Shown piece by piece: positions 9,984-19,896 of a DNA stretch of 64,000 nt; the stretch's first letter is position 1, and each line of letters starts with the position of its first letter. The notes beneath the pieces were generated by a model. The model was not told the origin of the DNA and made no database searches. It saw only the letters and a program-made list of their open reading frames with translations. Location of the stretch: positions 62,001-126,000 of IMG/VR virus record IMGVR_UViG_3300023179_000009, one strand, 5' to 3'. The translations under genes were made by a program, and so were the position numbers.

Positions 9984-10633
9984 TAAAACATTCCCAGTTC
10001 TGCTCCAGCGGGTTTTGGTGGCATGGGGCTTTGAGGATTTTGATTAACGCTGGTTTGTGGTTGTTGCCCCATCATTCCTGCCATGGGCTCAGCCATACCG
10101 CTATCAACCTGAGTATTGTCTGGTTGGTTTTCTGGGCTGTTTTGTTGTTGATTTTGTTGAACTGGATTTTGCTTTGGGGGCATAATTTCTGTTTTGGGTG
10201 TTGGTTTGGGGTCGTCTACCTTTGGAAAATCTGCGTCTATAAATTTTTCGAAAACTTCTTTGCCAAACAATTTTTGAAGAAGCAAACTAACCGTTGTGGA
10301 GGCATTTGCGGTTTGTTCTTGATTTTTTGTGTCTAACCATCTTCTTGTGTCTTCGATGTTTTTTTTCATCTCTGGGTCGTTTAAACCCTCTAAACGAGAA
10401 AAAATTTGGCCATTTTCTAATCTTTTTCTAGTGGCTTGTTTTCCTCTAAAAAAATTATTTGGTTTCTCTGTGTTCCTTTGATTAAAAGTTATTTTGCTTA
10501 AAGATTGTTGAGAGGCATCCTCGTCAGATAAGCCCTCTATTCCCAAAGCTCTAAAGGTATCTGCCCAGATACTTTTTAATTCTTTTACTTTGTCTTTCTC
10601 TGAATTTTCTAGCCAAATTTTAAATTTCACCAT
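9983..10633 (-). CDS. Hypothetical, Gln/Pro-rich tail, capsid-targeting-like N-terminus
   Basis: MVKFKIWLE; TATAAATA 5 nt upstream. Confidence 0.7.
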   Translation of the reverse strand: MVKFKIWLENSEKDKVKELKSIWADTFRALGIEGLSDEDASQQSLSKITFNQRNTEKPNNFFRGKQATRKRLENGQIFSRLEGLNDPEMKKNIEDTRRWLDTKNQEQTANASTTVSLLLQKLFGKEVFEKFIDADFPKVDDPKPTPKTEIMPPKQNPVQQNQQQNSPENQPDNTQVDSGMAEPMAGMMGQQPQTSVNQNPQSPMPPKPAGAELGMF

Positions 10634-10638
10634 AATAA

Positions 10639-10646
10639 TATTTATA
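10639..10646 (-). promoter_or_regulatory. T4-late-like promoter TATAAATA
   Basis: Exact TATAAATA on minus strand; a divergent TAAATA at 10655-10660 precedes the 10666 gene. Confidence 0.5.
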
Positions 10647-10665
10647 TCCCTGCGTAAATAATTTA

Positions 10666-11442
10666 ATGAAATTTAAAAAATACTTTGAATCTGTGGATAT
10701 TTTTGGTTTTGACACCAAACAAGATTCTTTTGATAAAAACGATGTTTTTCTAAGTAATCCTATAAATCAATTTAATATCGAATTGATGATGAGTATTTTG
10801 TCTCAAAAAAAACTAGGATTTCAAGAAGCAAATTGTTCTTTTTCCAATGAAATCAAATGGGGCAATCAACCTGGATCTTTGAAATTAGAAGTGGATACGG
10901 GTTACACATTTTATTTAAAACAATTAGGAATAGACAAACAAGGTAACCCACGATGGGTTACAAAAAAAATGTTTCAATTAAATCGTCAAGGTTATGGCGG
11001 TACCGAAGATGCTGTTGCTCAAGAGATATTTGAGCAAATCGAAAAATTGTCTTATTCCAATATCGAATCTCCAAAAGAAGACAAGTATAATCTCGGTCTT
11101 TTAGTTGACAACATTTACAAAAAAATAATACGAACTGGAAAATCGATATTCGTTCCAGAAGGTATCAAGAAAATGAATGAAAATTCTTATATTATAAAAT
11201 TTGGCCTAAAAGGGGCTGGTTTAGAGGCACCTGACGGGCAGCGAGTGGAACAAAATCAAACTATGATTTCGTATGATGAAAGTTCTGGGACTATACGTGT
11301 TACCAATTATAATATAGAATCTCCAGTTGGGGGCAAGAGTAGTTGGAGATTAAAGCCAAATGATTTGGATTTGTATTTTTTCCCAACGCAAGACCGCAAC
11401 GAAATAAGCGAAACAATTGCCGTCCACATGAAATATTATTAA
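10666..11442 (+). CDS. Hypothetical, capsid-targeting-like N-terminus
   Basis: 258 aa, MKFKKYFE. Confidence 0.7.
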   Translation: MKFKKYFESVDIFGFDTKQDSFDKNDVFLSNPINQFNIELMMSILSQKKLGFQEANCSFSNEIKWGNQPGSLKLEVDTGYTFYLKQLGIDKQGNPRWVTKKMFQLNRQGYGGTEDAVAQEIFEQIEKLSYSNIESPKEDKYNLGLLVDNIYKKIIRTGKSIFVPEGIKKMNENSYIIKFGLKGAGLEAPDGQRVEQNQTMISYDESSGTIRVTNYNIESPVGGKSSWRLKPNDLDLYFFPTQDRNEISETIAVHMKYY

Positions 11443-11443
11443 A

Positions 11444-11803
11444 ATGCGATTCAAAACACTTTTTAAAAATTATTCAATAGATTTATGGCTAGACGATGAA
11501 AGAGATCCAAAAAATCCAATAATTATTCAAAATTTTGGATCAAGACCTAGTATGGTATGGGTAAAAAGTGTTCCCGAGGCCAAAGAATTAATCAGCACTG
11601 GTAGAGTTAATTTTATTAGTTTTGATAATGACCTGGGTTTACCAGAGGAGGGTAAAGATTTGGCAAAATGGATTGAAGAACAAGCCTTTAATAATAATTT
11701 AAAGCCAATCAGATGGCGTGTTCACAGCATGAACTCCACAGGAAGAAAAGAAATTATGGTGGCCATGCAAAATGCTGATCGTTTTTGGTCACTAGGCAAC
11801 TAA
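11444..11803 (+). CDS. Stand-alone receiver-like (cyclic-phosphate processing receiver, cREC-type) protein
   Basis: LWLDDERDP, ISFDNDLG, VHSMNSTG. Confidence 0.7.
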   Translation: MRFKTLFKNYSIDLWLDDERDPKNPIIIQNFGSRPSMVWVKSVPEAKELISTGRVNFISFDNDLGLPEEGKDLAKWIEEQAFNNNLKPIRWRVHSMNSTGRKEIMVAMQNADRFWSLGN

Positions 11804-11823
11804 ATATTTTATTAGAGGTAAAA

Positions 11824-12234
11824 ATGAAAACTTTCAATGAGTGGATTAAAATAAAAGAACAAGGGCAAATGCACATGGGGAGACCAAATGGGCCAATGGG
11901 TCCAGATGGAAAAGTTTATGGGTGGAGCGGTGGCCCAGCATCTCAAGTTCAAGGAACTGGCACTTGGAAATCAGGACAAAGTTCTGTTGCCACCGGTCGC
12001 CAACTAACACCAGCCCCAGTTCCTTCTTTACCAAAAACAAACAACCAACCCGTTAACGACGAAAAAGAGGCCGAAGGTTTATGGAGTGCCAACAATAGCG
12101 TTGTTCGTGGGGGCTACCTATCTGGTGTCAATAATTATCAACAATTAGTAAATAAAAATTGGCAACAATTACCTCCTGAGGTTAAAGAAATAGCCAAAAA
12201 ATCAATGTTCTCTAGATCTCCTTTTGGAAAATAA
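11824..12234 (+). CDS. Hypothetical, capsid-targeting-like N-terminus
   Basis: ATG at 11824 after GAGG; MKTFNEWIKIKE. Confidence 0.7.
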   Translation: MKTFNEWIKIKEQGQMHMGRPNGPMGPDGKVYGWSGGPASQVQGTGTWKSGQSSVATGRQLTPAPVPSLPKTNNQPVNDEKEAEGLWSANNSVVRGGYLSGVNNYQQLVNKNWQQLPPEVKEIAKKSMFSRSPFGK

Positions 12235-12236
12235 TT

Positions 12237-12827
12237 TCACAAAGGTGAACCTAAATAGTCAAATTCGCTAAGAGAAACCAAACCAGTTCTCCAACTTTTA
12301 TCTCGTGTTATTTGTTTACCAAGAGACTTTTGAGCATTCCATATAATTTGTTTACAATATGTTGCAAATTTAGAATCTATGATAATATTATTTTTTATAG
12401 ATGGTCTATTATTTTTGGGGACATATTTTTTAACAAGTTTTTCTAGTATAATTTCCTGAAACTCGCCAAATTTTTGTCTATTTGCACCATGCCTTCGCCT
12501 GTTTTCCCAAAGATTTTTCAATTCTTTGACAATTGCTTTGATAAATTTATCTTTTACGTATTTGTCCAGTGTTTCGAAACTGGACTCTATAAAACACTGT
12601 CTTTTATAGTATGATCCAGCACGTATGAGTGCTATTCTTAATTCTTGTGTATCATCCTCTATATCATTTGTTAGAGAATTTTGAGAATTTTTCTTTTTAA
12701 GTTCCCAGGCAACATAGTGACATAGTTTCCCAAATTTATTATCTAACAAAATATATTCGTCTGATGTTATAGGGTATTTATTTAATATAGTTTCTAGGGT
12801 TTGATTGCTTTGTTTTCTTTTATTCAT
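12237..12827 (-). CDS. Sigma-factor region-2-like protein lacking region 4
   Basis: DIEDDTQELRIALIRA (2.2-like) and SKFATYCKQIIWN (2.3-like). Confidence 0.5.
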   Translation of the reverse strand: MNKRKQSNQTLETILNKYPITSDEYILLDNKFGKLCHYVAWELKKKNSQNSLTNDIEDDTQELRIALIRAGSYYKRQCFIESSFETLDKYVKDKFIKAIVKELKNLWENRRRHGANRQKFGEFQEIILEKLVKKYVPKNNRPSIKNNIIIDSKFATYCKQIIWNAQKSLGKQITRDKSWRTGLVSLSEFDYLGSPL

Positions 12828-12837
12828 TTTCTCCTTT

Positions 12838-14151
12838 TTAATCTTTCCAAAGTGTTTTCATTTCATCTAATTTTGCCCCAAATTTTATTTCTACTTTCAT
12901 TTTTAATCCGGGACAAATAACGGATTCTGCTTCGCATACATTTTTTATTATTTTGTAAATTTCACGAGCATACTTTATTTCGCAAATCAATCCAAATCCA
13001 TCATGAACACTAAATGCCAGATGTGATTTGTTTTTATCGATTGCATTATATAACAAAATTAATTTTTCTTGACAAGCTGTGGCTGCTACTCCTTGTACAA
13101 CAAAGTTTCTAGCCAAATAAGATTTTCCTTCTTCAAAATTACGAGGGCGACCAAAAAAATCTTCTATAATATTTTTTTTAGCCATATCTTGTTTTTCTTG
13201 CATCCAACTCCACGCCGTTGGAAATCTCTTTTTAACTCTTTCGATAATATTGTTCGATAACTCATCTGATATTTTTAAGTTATTTGACAAACCATTAGAG
13301 CCACAACCGTACATTACTGGTAAAAATATTTTTTTTGATATCTTTCTCTTGCTATCTGTGTCACAATCATCTTCTGTGATTATTTTGTAAATTTGTTCAT
13401 GCAAATCTTTTCCTGAATCTAAAATCTCTTTAAGATTTTCATCTTTTGATAACCATTGTAAAACTGTAACCTCACAATGTCTAAAGTCTGAGCAAACGAA
13501 TCTTAAGTCATACCCCTTAGGTTTCAAGGATTTTTTGACATCTGGCCCCATATTGTGGGGCAAATAACTTTTTACATATTTCTTTACACTATTCATTCTT
13601 CCATTAATTTGACCCTCTATTTCGTAGTAGGGGAATTCGCATCTTTTTTTCTCCAAATTCAAAAGAGGACAAGTCTCTATTTCTGGAAGAACTCTCAGGG
13701 CGAGAGGTAGGTGAATGTTTTTAAAAAGATTTTGCCAATTTTTATTTTTTAAAATCTCTTTAATCCTATATATGCACTCGTTGTAGTTTTCTGGGATTGG
13801 TTTTTTGATTCCTAGAAAATTTTCTAATATTTTTATGTCAAATATGTTTGTTGTAGGGTTTAAAAACCTTTTTGAAAAATAAAAAAAATACGAACATAAA
13901 CCTTTTATATTCCAAACAAATAGACGATCAATATTTTCTTTTTGAAATATTGTTGCATCGAATAGAGATATAATTTCAATAATATTATCATCATTAACAT
14001 CTATCTCTAAAGTTTTTGTCTTGCTAATAATTATTATTTTAAAAGGCGCATTAACCGTGAAGTCGGGCGTTTCTGGGATGGTTTTTAAAAAAACAATATC
14101 TTTTTTATTTAATAAATCTACAACCGCATCGACTGAGGATTGGTCAATCAT
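12838..14151 (-). CDS. polA: Compact family A DNA polymerase
   Basis: Motif A SDFRHCEV, motif B RKISKKIFLPVMYG, motif C SVHDG; 437 aa. Confidence 0.85.
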   Translation of the reverse strand: MIDQSSVDAVVDLLNKKDIVFLKTIPETPDFTVNAPFKIIIISKTKTLEIDVNDDNIIEIISLFDATIFQKENIDRLFVWNIKGLCSYFFYFSKRFLNPTTNIFDIKILENFLGIKKPIPENYNECIYRIKEILKNKNWQNLFKNIHLPLALRVLPEIETCPLLNLEKKRCEFPYYEIEGQINGRMNSVKKYVKSYLPHNMGPDVKKSLKPKGYDLRFVCSDFRHCEVTVLQWLSKDENLKEILDSGKDLHEQIYKIITEDDCDTDSKRKISKKIFLPVMYGCGSNGLSNNLKISDELSNNIIERVKKRFPTAWSWMQEKQDMAKKNIIEDFFGRPRNFEEGKSYLARNFVVQGVAATACQEKLILLYNAIDKNKSHLAFSVHDGFGLICEIKYAREIYKIIKNVCEAESVICPGLKMKVEIKFGAKLDEMKTLWKD

Positions 14152-14691
14152 GATTTGTTGATCTTAACAAAAAAAAGTTTTTTGGAAAAATATTTTTTAA
14201 AAAATTTGCATAATCTCTAGTGCGCATACGGGTACTCTTGGTTAATGAGTTGAGAAAAATAAATATATTTCTTTAAGATTTAAGAAAAAATTTATTTTTA
14301 TTTGATATCATTAATTTCATTTTTAATTTTTATAGCATTTATTTTTTGCCTGCTAACCTTTACTTTTGTCCAAACCCTCATCTAGTTTGCATTTAAGCAT
14401 ATTGGACCCAAGAGTCGATGAGTTCAAAGTAAAGGCACACCTCAGCGCAAGAAGAAGGCTTAAGATGCCCGTTAACATCTGCCCGGTTCTGGTAAGATTC
14501 ACCCAGCTTCTATGGTTTTTTATTTTTCTAACTTGGTATGCTTTTAACCTCATTGTGAAAAATATGATTATCTCAAAAAGATAATCTCTATAACATTAGT
14601 TTATTTTATAAATTTTTAATTGTCAATATGCGCATTTTAAAAATACTTGCATTATTGACATTAAATAGGTTAGAATCCAAGAGGTTTGGAG

Positions 14692-15399
14692 ATGAAAAAG
14701 TTGAGTTTACAAACAATTGTTGATTTGAAAATGAGTTCCGAAGAAGCTGAGACTTTTAAGTTGGCTTTAATTTACGAAAATGAGTTTTCTAAAATTTTTA
14801 AAAATATTGATGGTCAAACTTACCGTAGAAATTTTTTACCAAGAAAAAAAGATCCTAGAGACTCATACCTCTTCAGGCAATGTTGGAAGTTAAGAAGAGA
14901 AACAAGAGGTTTACTAGAACCAAGTGAGTATAAAAATTATATTCAATCTAATTTGTTTATTATAAAAACAAATGAAGGACACATCCAGCCAAATTGCATT
15001 AATGGCGATAAAAGTTGGATACGGTACAAAGTTTGGAAAAGAATTTATGATAAAAAATTAGCTGAGAAAAATTCAAAATTAGAAAAAAAAGAAGTAAAAT
15101 TAGATCACAAAAAATTGGCTGAGATAGATAAAACAAAGAAATTTTTGTTTGAAAAATGCGAAGGTATTCCAAAATACGAACAAATACTGGATTTCATTCA
15201 ATCAGGATCTTTCAATCTCTGGATAGCCACAGAAAAAATTTCTCCATTTTATTTAAGTCTTTCTTCTTTCATAGAAAGAACTGGTGTGAAAGATAAATTA
15301 TTTTCTTTTTCCAAAGTAAGTGAAGGTTTGATTAAAGAAAAAATAACAAAAGAAATAATTGATTATTTTGAAAAAGAGTTTAGTTTTGAGAATATTTGA
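14692..15399 (+). CDS. Hypothetical protein
   Basis: Long ORF, SD GAGG, upstream TTGCAT-N18-TAGAAT. Confidence 0.7.
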   Translation: MKKLSLQTIVDLKMSSEEAETFKLALIYENEFSKIFKNIDGQTYRRNFLPRKKDPRDSYLFRQCWKLRRETRGLLEPSEYKNYIQSNLFIIKTNEGHIQPNCINGDKSWIRYKVWKRIYDKKLAEKNSKLEKKEVKLDHKKLAEIDKTKKFLFEKCEGIPKYEQILDFIQSGSFNLWIATEKISPFYLSLSSFIERTGVKDKLFSFSKVSEGLIKEKITKEIIDYFEKEFSFENI

Positions 15400-15672
15400 A
15401 TGATAATACATGTTGAAAAAAGAAGTGATTTATTTAAAAATTTACCAAAATTACAAAGTTTGAGCATAGGAGATTTTTTGTTTAATATTAAAAAAAATAA
15501 AATACAAAGAATATACTTTACGGAGATTGAAGAAAGAAATATTTGTGTTTGTTATCACAATACTAATGATATAGATTATAATTTTCTTGAATACTATTTA
15601 ATTTCAAGAAATGATTTCTTTGAACTACACAATGTTTTAAATGTTAAAACTTGTTGGGAAGAAGGTTTTTGA
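15400..15672 (+). CDS. Hypothetical protein
   Basis: 90-aa ORF coupled to neighbours. Confidence 0.55.
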   Translation: MIIHVEKRSDLFKNLPKLQSLSIGDFLFNIKKNKIQRIYFTEIEERNICVCYHNTNDIDYNFLEYYLISRNDFFELHNVLNVKTCWEEGF

Positions 15673-16256
15673 TGAGTTGCATTGTGGTTATGGGTTGCTT
15701 TAGAAGTGGAACCAGCGCTGTTGCTGGAATTCTACACCATCTTGGTGTTTTTATGGGAAGTGAATTTGATGAATTTACTTCCCATAATAAAAGCGGTTAT
15801 TGGGAAGATTTGGAATTTAAAAATTTTCATAAAAAAATGGAATTATCATCTTTCAATGAAAAAGATAGAGAAAATTATGAAAAATTGATACGAAGTAGAC
15901 AGGTTAATTTTGAATTATGGGGATTAAAGGATCCTTTATTGTGTTTGTTTCTTGATGAATTTTTAAATAATTTACAGGATCAAGTTAAATTAATAGTGTG
16001 TGATAGAAACCAAGAAAAAATTGCTCAAAGTATGTGTAATGTTTTAGGAAACCAAGATAACTATCAAAACTTTTTAAAACTTGCAAACTTTTATGTTAAT
16101 TCTATGAATAAACAAGTTTATAAATGCAAAATACCTTTTTTACGAATTGATCATGAAAAATTAATTCAACAAACAAGCGAAACAATAAAAGAAATTTGTA
16201 ATTTTTTAAATCTAGAATACAAGCAATCAGCTTTTGATTATGTGAAAAACCATTAA
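15672..16256 (+). CDS. Sulfotransferase-family P-loop protein
   Basis: VVMGCFRSGTS, WGLKDP. Confidence 0.75.
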   Translation: MSCIVVMGCFRSGTSAVAGILHHLGVFMGSEFDEFTSHNKSGYWEDLEFKNFHKKMELSSFNEKDRENYEKLIRSRQVNFELWGLKDPLLCLFLDEFLNNLQDQVKLIVCDRNQEKIAQSMCNVLGNQDNYQNFLKLANFYVNSMNKQVYKCKIPFLRIDHEKLIQQTSETIKEICNFLNLEYKQSAFDYVKNH

Positions 16257-16257
16257 T

Positions 16258-16692
16258 ATGATCCTTTCTATATTTGCTTGGAATTATTGGGGATACCAAG
16301 GATTATTTTTAAAAATACATCCTCATAGAATTCCTTTTTTTGTTGTTCCGCTTAATCATTATTCTCAAATTTGGATGTTTTGGAAATACAAAAAAGTTGA
16401 TGTTTTAGAGTTCAAAAATTTTATTGAAACAAGAAATTTTGTTTTTTGGACAACAGTTACCGGCAAAAATATACCTACTTTTAGTCAATTCCTGCTGAGA
16501 CAAAATTTCTCTAATAAGGCGATATGGATATCGGTTTGCTATAGTGGTTTTAACGGCGCATATTCGTATAAGTATTTCAAAATGAATCAAAGTGATTTTT
16601 TTTATTTTTTCAGGCAAAATATTGTTGATTTAGATAATTTTTTATCTTTGGATTTAAGAAAAAAAATTGTTTGGCAAAAGTTCGGTTTTTGA
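16258..16692 (+). CDS. Hypothetical protein
   Basis: 144-aa ORF. Confidence 0.55.
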   Translation: MILSIFAWNYWGYQGLFLKIHPHRIPFFVVPLNHYSQIWMFWKYKKVDVLEFKNFIETRNFVFWTTVTGKNIPTFSQFLLRQNFSNKAIWISVCYSGFNGAYSYKYFKMNQSDFFYFFRQNIVDLDNFLSLDLRKKIVWQKFGF

Positions 16693-16924
16693 TATGATCA
16701 TCACTCCTTTGCAAATTTATTTTGAGTCGTTAGAATAAAAAGGAAAAGATAGTCTTTAAAAATGCTATCTAAAATTAATAGATGAATGATACATTTACCT
16801 CAATAGATTTTTTATTTTTTTTTATTTTTCTTTTTTATTTAAAAATATTAGAAAAATTTCACAATAAAGAAATAAAAGAAACCAAACAACAGGATCAAAA
16901 AACTCTAACAATAATTCGATTCAA

Positions 16925-17185
16925 ATGAAACAAAAATTTGAAAAAGAAATCTTCATTTTAGGTTTGATTTTAATTACCATGTCGCTATTGCAGTATTATG
17001 CTCAAGTTAGAGAAACAATATCTAAACAAAATAGAAAAAATAATCAAACCACAGCATACACAGCATACACAACTAATTTAAATCCAGATCGATATTTGTA
17101 TCCAACAATGCAAAGTAAAAAAATTATTTTAGATTTAAGACCAAAAATATCATTTTCTTATTGTGTAAAAAATGATTATGAATAA
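16925..17185 (+). CDS. Hypothetical membrane-anchored protein
   Basis: N-terminal hydrophobic IFILGLILITMSLL. Confidence 0.5.
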   Translation: MKQKFEKEIFILGLILITMSLLQYYAQVRETISKQNRKNNQTTAYTAYTTNLNPDRYLYPTMQSKKIILDLRPKISFSYCVKNDYE

Positions 17186-17205
17186 ATAATTAACGATTCC
17201 GATAT

Positions 17206-17748
17206 TTGGTTTTTTTTGAAAATTTTGATATAATATTTCGCATGATCAAAGACTCTGTTTTGATATTTTGCGAAAGAAATTTGTTTGACGGAACGTCTGA
17301 AATACTTTTAATTTTAAAAAACAGACCCGAAAACCAAGCGGGTTATTATAATCTTCCTGGGGGCAAACTAGAGGACAATGAGTGTCCCGTTTCTGCTGTT
17401 GCACGAGAACTCAAGGAAGAGACAGGTTATGAACTATCCCAAGAACCCGTTCATGTTGGAACTATAAAAGACGTTTCAAATCATATGGGAATTCATGTTT
17501 TTAAAGGAGACATTAGATTTCCTTTTATTGAATCTAACCCTAGACAAATCGAAACAGAGAAGCCAGAGTGGATGAGTTTTGATAAATTGTGGCACTGTCC
17601 TAGTTTAATACCAAACTTAAGAATAATCATACCTCTTATTCGTGGCGGGGCCTATGATTGGGTAATTGAATCTAGATTAATGCTGGAATATGGACCCAAT
17701 CACGATTTACACATTTGGTTTCCTACATACAAAAAGTTAATCGACTAA
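17206..17748 (+). CDS. NUDIX hydrolase
   Basis: Nudix box GGKLEDNECPVSAVARELKEETG. Confidence 0.9.
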   Translation: MVFFENFDIIFRMIKDSVLIFCERNLFDGTSEILLILKNRPENQAGYYNLPGGKLEDNECPVSAVARELKEETGYELSQEPVHVGTIKDVSNHMGIHVFKGDIRFPFIESNPRQIETEKPEWMSFDKLWHCPSLIPNLRIIIPLIRGGAYDWVIESRLMLEYGPNHDLHIWFPTYKKLID

Positions 17749-17758
17749 AGGGTAAAAA

Positions 17759-19306
17759 TTGGAAGAAAATCAAGAAATAAATGATCCTGATCTTCAAGAT
17801 CCGGATCAAACTACCGACTCCAGATATTCTTGGGATGAGAATTTTCAAAGGCACGTTATGTCTTTGATGATATCGGACAGAATGTTTCTGCTTCAGTCTA
17901 TAGATTTAATCAAACCTTACTATTTCACAAATAAGATACATTCTAAAATTTGCAATATTGTATTTGATTTCTTTAAAAAATATCGTGTTTTGCCAATTAA
18001 AAATTTTATTATTCAGGAATTCAAGAAAGACATAACAGATGTTAAGACACTAGTGTTATACTCCACAGAACTAAATTTACTTTTTGATTATTTTCAACCA
18101 GGGATGGAATCTCGTGATTATTTGCAAGATAAAATAGTTTTTTTTGCAAAAATCCAATCTGTTAAAAAAGCTTTTCACGATTCTTTAAAATTAATAGACA
18201 GAGCGCCGGAATCAGAAGAAACTTGGAGCATGGTTTATGATGAGATGAGAAACGCCATGCAAACTCATCAAAATTTTGATATAGGATTGGATTATTTTAA
18301 AAGCCTATCTGATCGTTATGAGAAAAAAGACGATGATGACGAGAAAAAAGATCGATTTATTTTTGGACTTGATGAGATAGATCGAGAGATTGGAGGGGGC
18401 GGATATAGTCGTGGAGAAATTATATCAATTGTTGCCGGTTCTGGTGTTGGAAAATCGGTTATGCTTGCCTGCGTAACAGCTAACAATCTTTTAAGAAACA
18501 AAAAAGGTTTGTATATATCCTTGGAATTGGCAGAGGATAAGGTTGCTGCCAGAATGGACGCAATACTATCAGGTTTACCTATCCAGAATTTATTTTGTCA
18601 CAAAGAAGAATTATTCGACAGAATAAATAAATTGAATGTTCCCAAGGACGGTGTTGGTCCACTTATCATAAAACAGTTTTCCGCAGGCACGGCAACAGTG
18701 AACACTATTCGTGCGTATGTTTCTCAATTAAGATTCAATGGATTTGAACCAGATTTTATTATCATTGACTATGTTGGAGAAATGGCCTTACACCCAGATC
18801 TTAAAACTCACGAATCTCGTGAAAGAATAGTTCGTGAACTTAGAGCTATGGCTAGTGAGGAAAATGTTTTCGTTGCCACGGCCATGCAACCGAATAGAGA
18901 TGGCAAAAAAGATACTAAAGGTGATTTTGGAAGAATAGATGATGAACACCTTGCTGATTCTTTCGGTCAAATTAGACCTTTAGACGGTTGCATATCTTTA
19001 AATCAAAATGATAATGAGAAATTTTTGGGTATTGGAAGAGCCTATGTAATCAAACAAAGAGATGGAAAAAGTAGATTTACAATATATCTAAAATTCGACA
19101 AAGAAAGCCTCCGAATACAACAAATAAGCAACTCTGAGTATTTGTTTACTTTACAAAAGCATAAAGAAGAGGCATCGGATGAAACTAATATTGATATTGT
19201 AAAACAAAATTGGAAGCCAAAAAAAGATGAAGAAGTAATAGATGGAATCCAAGGAGATTACGAGAGTTACAAAGAAGTTTGCGAACAAAAATGTGAAGAT
19301 AATTGA
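17759..19306 (+). CDS. Replicative helicase, DnaB/T4 gp41-like
   Basis: AGSGVGKS, YISLEL, IIIDYVGEM, TAMQPNR, KQRDG. Confidence 0.9.
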   Translation: MEENQEINDPDLQDPDQTTDSRYSWDENFQRHVMSLMISDRMFLLQSIDLIKPYYFTNKIHSKICNIVFDFFKKYRVLPIKNFIIQEFKKDITDVKTLVLYSTELNLLFDYFQPGMESRDYLQDKIVFFAKIQSVKKAFHDSLKLIDRAPESEETWSMVYDEMRNAMQTHQNFDIGLDYFKSLSDRYEKKDDDDEKKDRFIFGLDEIDREIGGGGYSRGEIISIVAGSGVGKSVMLACVTANNLLRNKKGLYISLELAEDKVAARMDAILSGLPIQNLFCHKEELFDRINKLNVPKDGVGPLIIKQFSAGTATVNTIRAYVSQLRFNGFEPDFIIIDYVGEMALHPDLKTHESRERIVRELRAMASEENVFVATAMQPNRDGKKDTKGDFGRIDDEHLADSFGQIRPLDGCISLNQNDNEKFLGIGRAYVIKQRDGKSRFTIYLKFDKESLRIQQISNSEYLFTLQKHKEEASDETNIDIVKQNWKPKKDEEVIDGIQGDYESYKEVCEQKCEDN

Positions 19307-19347
19307 AATTAAACTAACAACCATAATTAGAATTAAAGGAGACAAAA

Positions 19348-19896
19348 ATGTTGCCAAAAGAAAAATTAAACTTCGATAAATTTGAAGTAATATTAGAAGA
19401 AGAAAATCTTAAATTTAACGAGAATACTTTGAGTAATTATATTCAAAAAGAGGGAGGTTTCTATGATAGTTTTGGTCATTATTTAGCCCTTGCCGAAAAG
19501 AATTTGCAAAATAAAGAAAATCAATATGAAAAAATTTATTGTGAAAGATTCATAGAATCTAAGGAATTAGGATCCAGTGACAAATTAGCAGAGGCCAAGG
19601 CTAAATGCGACCCAGATATTGTTAAAATAAATGAAGAAATAACAGAAGCTAAATATGTTGTAAATCGTTTAAAAAACCACTTGAAGGCTTGGGATAAAAA
19701 TCATGACAATGCCCAAAGCATGGGACACATGCTAAGAAAACAAATGGATAAACTAGATGGTAATATTTATGGAAATCATGGCTATCAACCATCTAACTTA
19801 GACCAAGAGATATCCTCAACAGTGAGTGCTTTTGAAAAAAAAATCAAGAAAGAAACTGGATTTGATTCTTCTTTAGGAATAGAAGGTCTAGTCTGA
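19348..19896 (+). CDS. UvsY-like helical recombination mediator
   Basis: Coiled-coil, AEAKAKCDPD pattern, next to helicase. Confidence 0.45.
   Translation: MLPKEKLNFDKFEVILEEENLKFNENTLSNYIQKEGGFYDSFGHYLALAEKNLQNKENQYEKIYCERFIESKELGSSDKLAEAKAKCDPDIVKINEEITEAKYVVNRLKNHLKAWDKNHDNAQSMGHMLRKQMDKLDGNIYGNHGYQPSNLDQEISSTVSAFEKKIKKETGFDSSLGIEGLV

Noticed and set aside
14353-14584. ORFs 14353-14553(-) and 14366-14584(+)
   Set aside because: No RBS, no recognisable motif, mutually overlapping; treated as non-coding candidate
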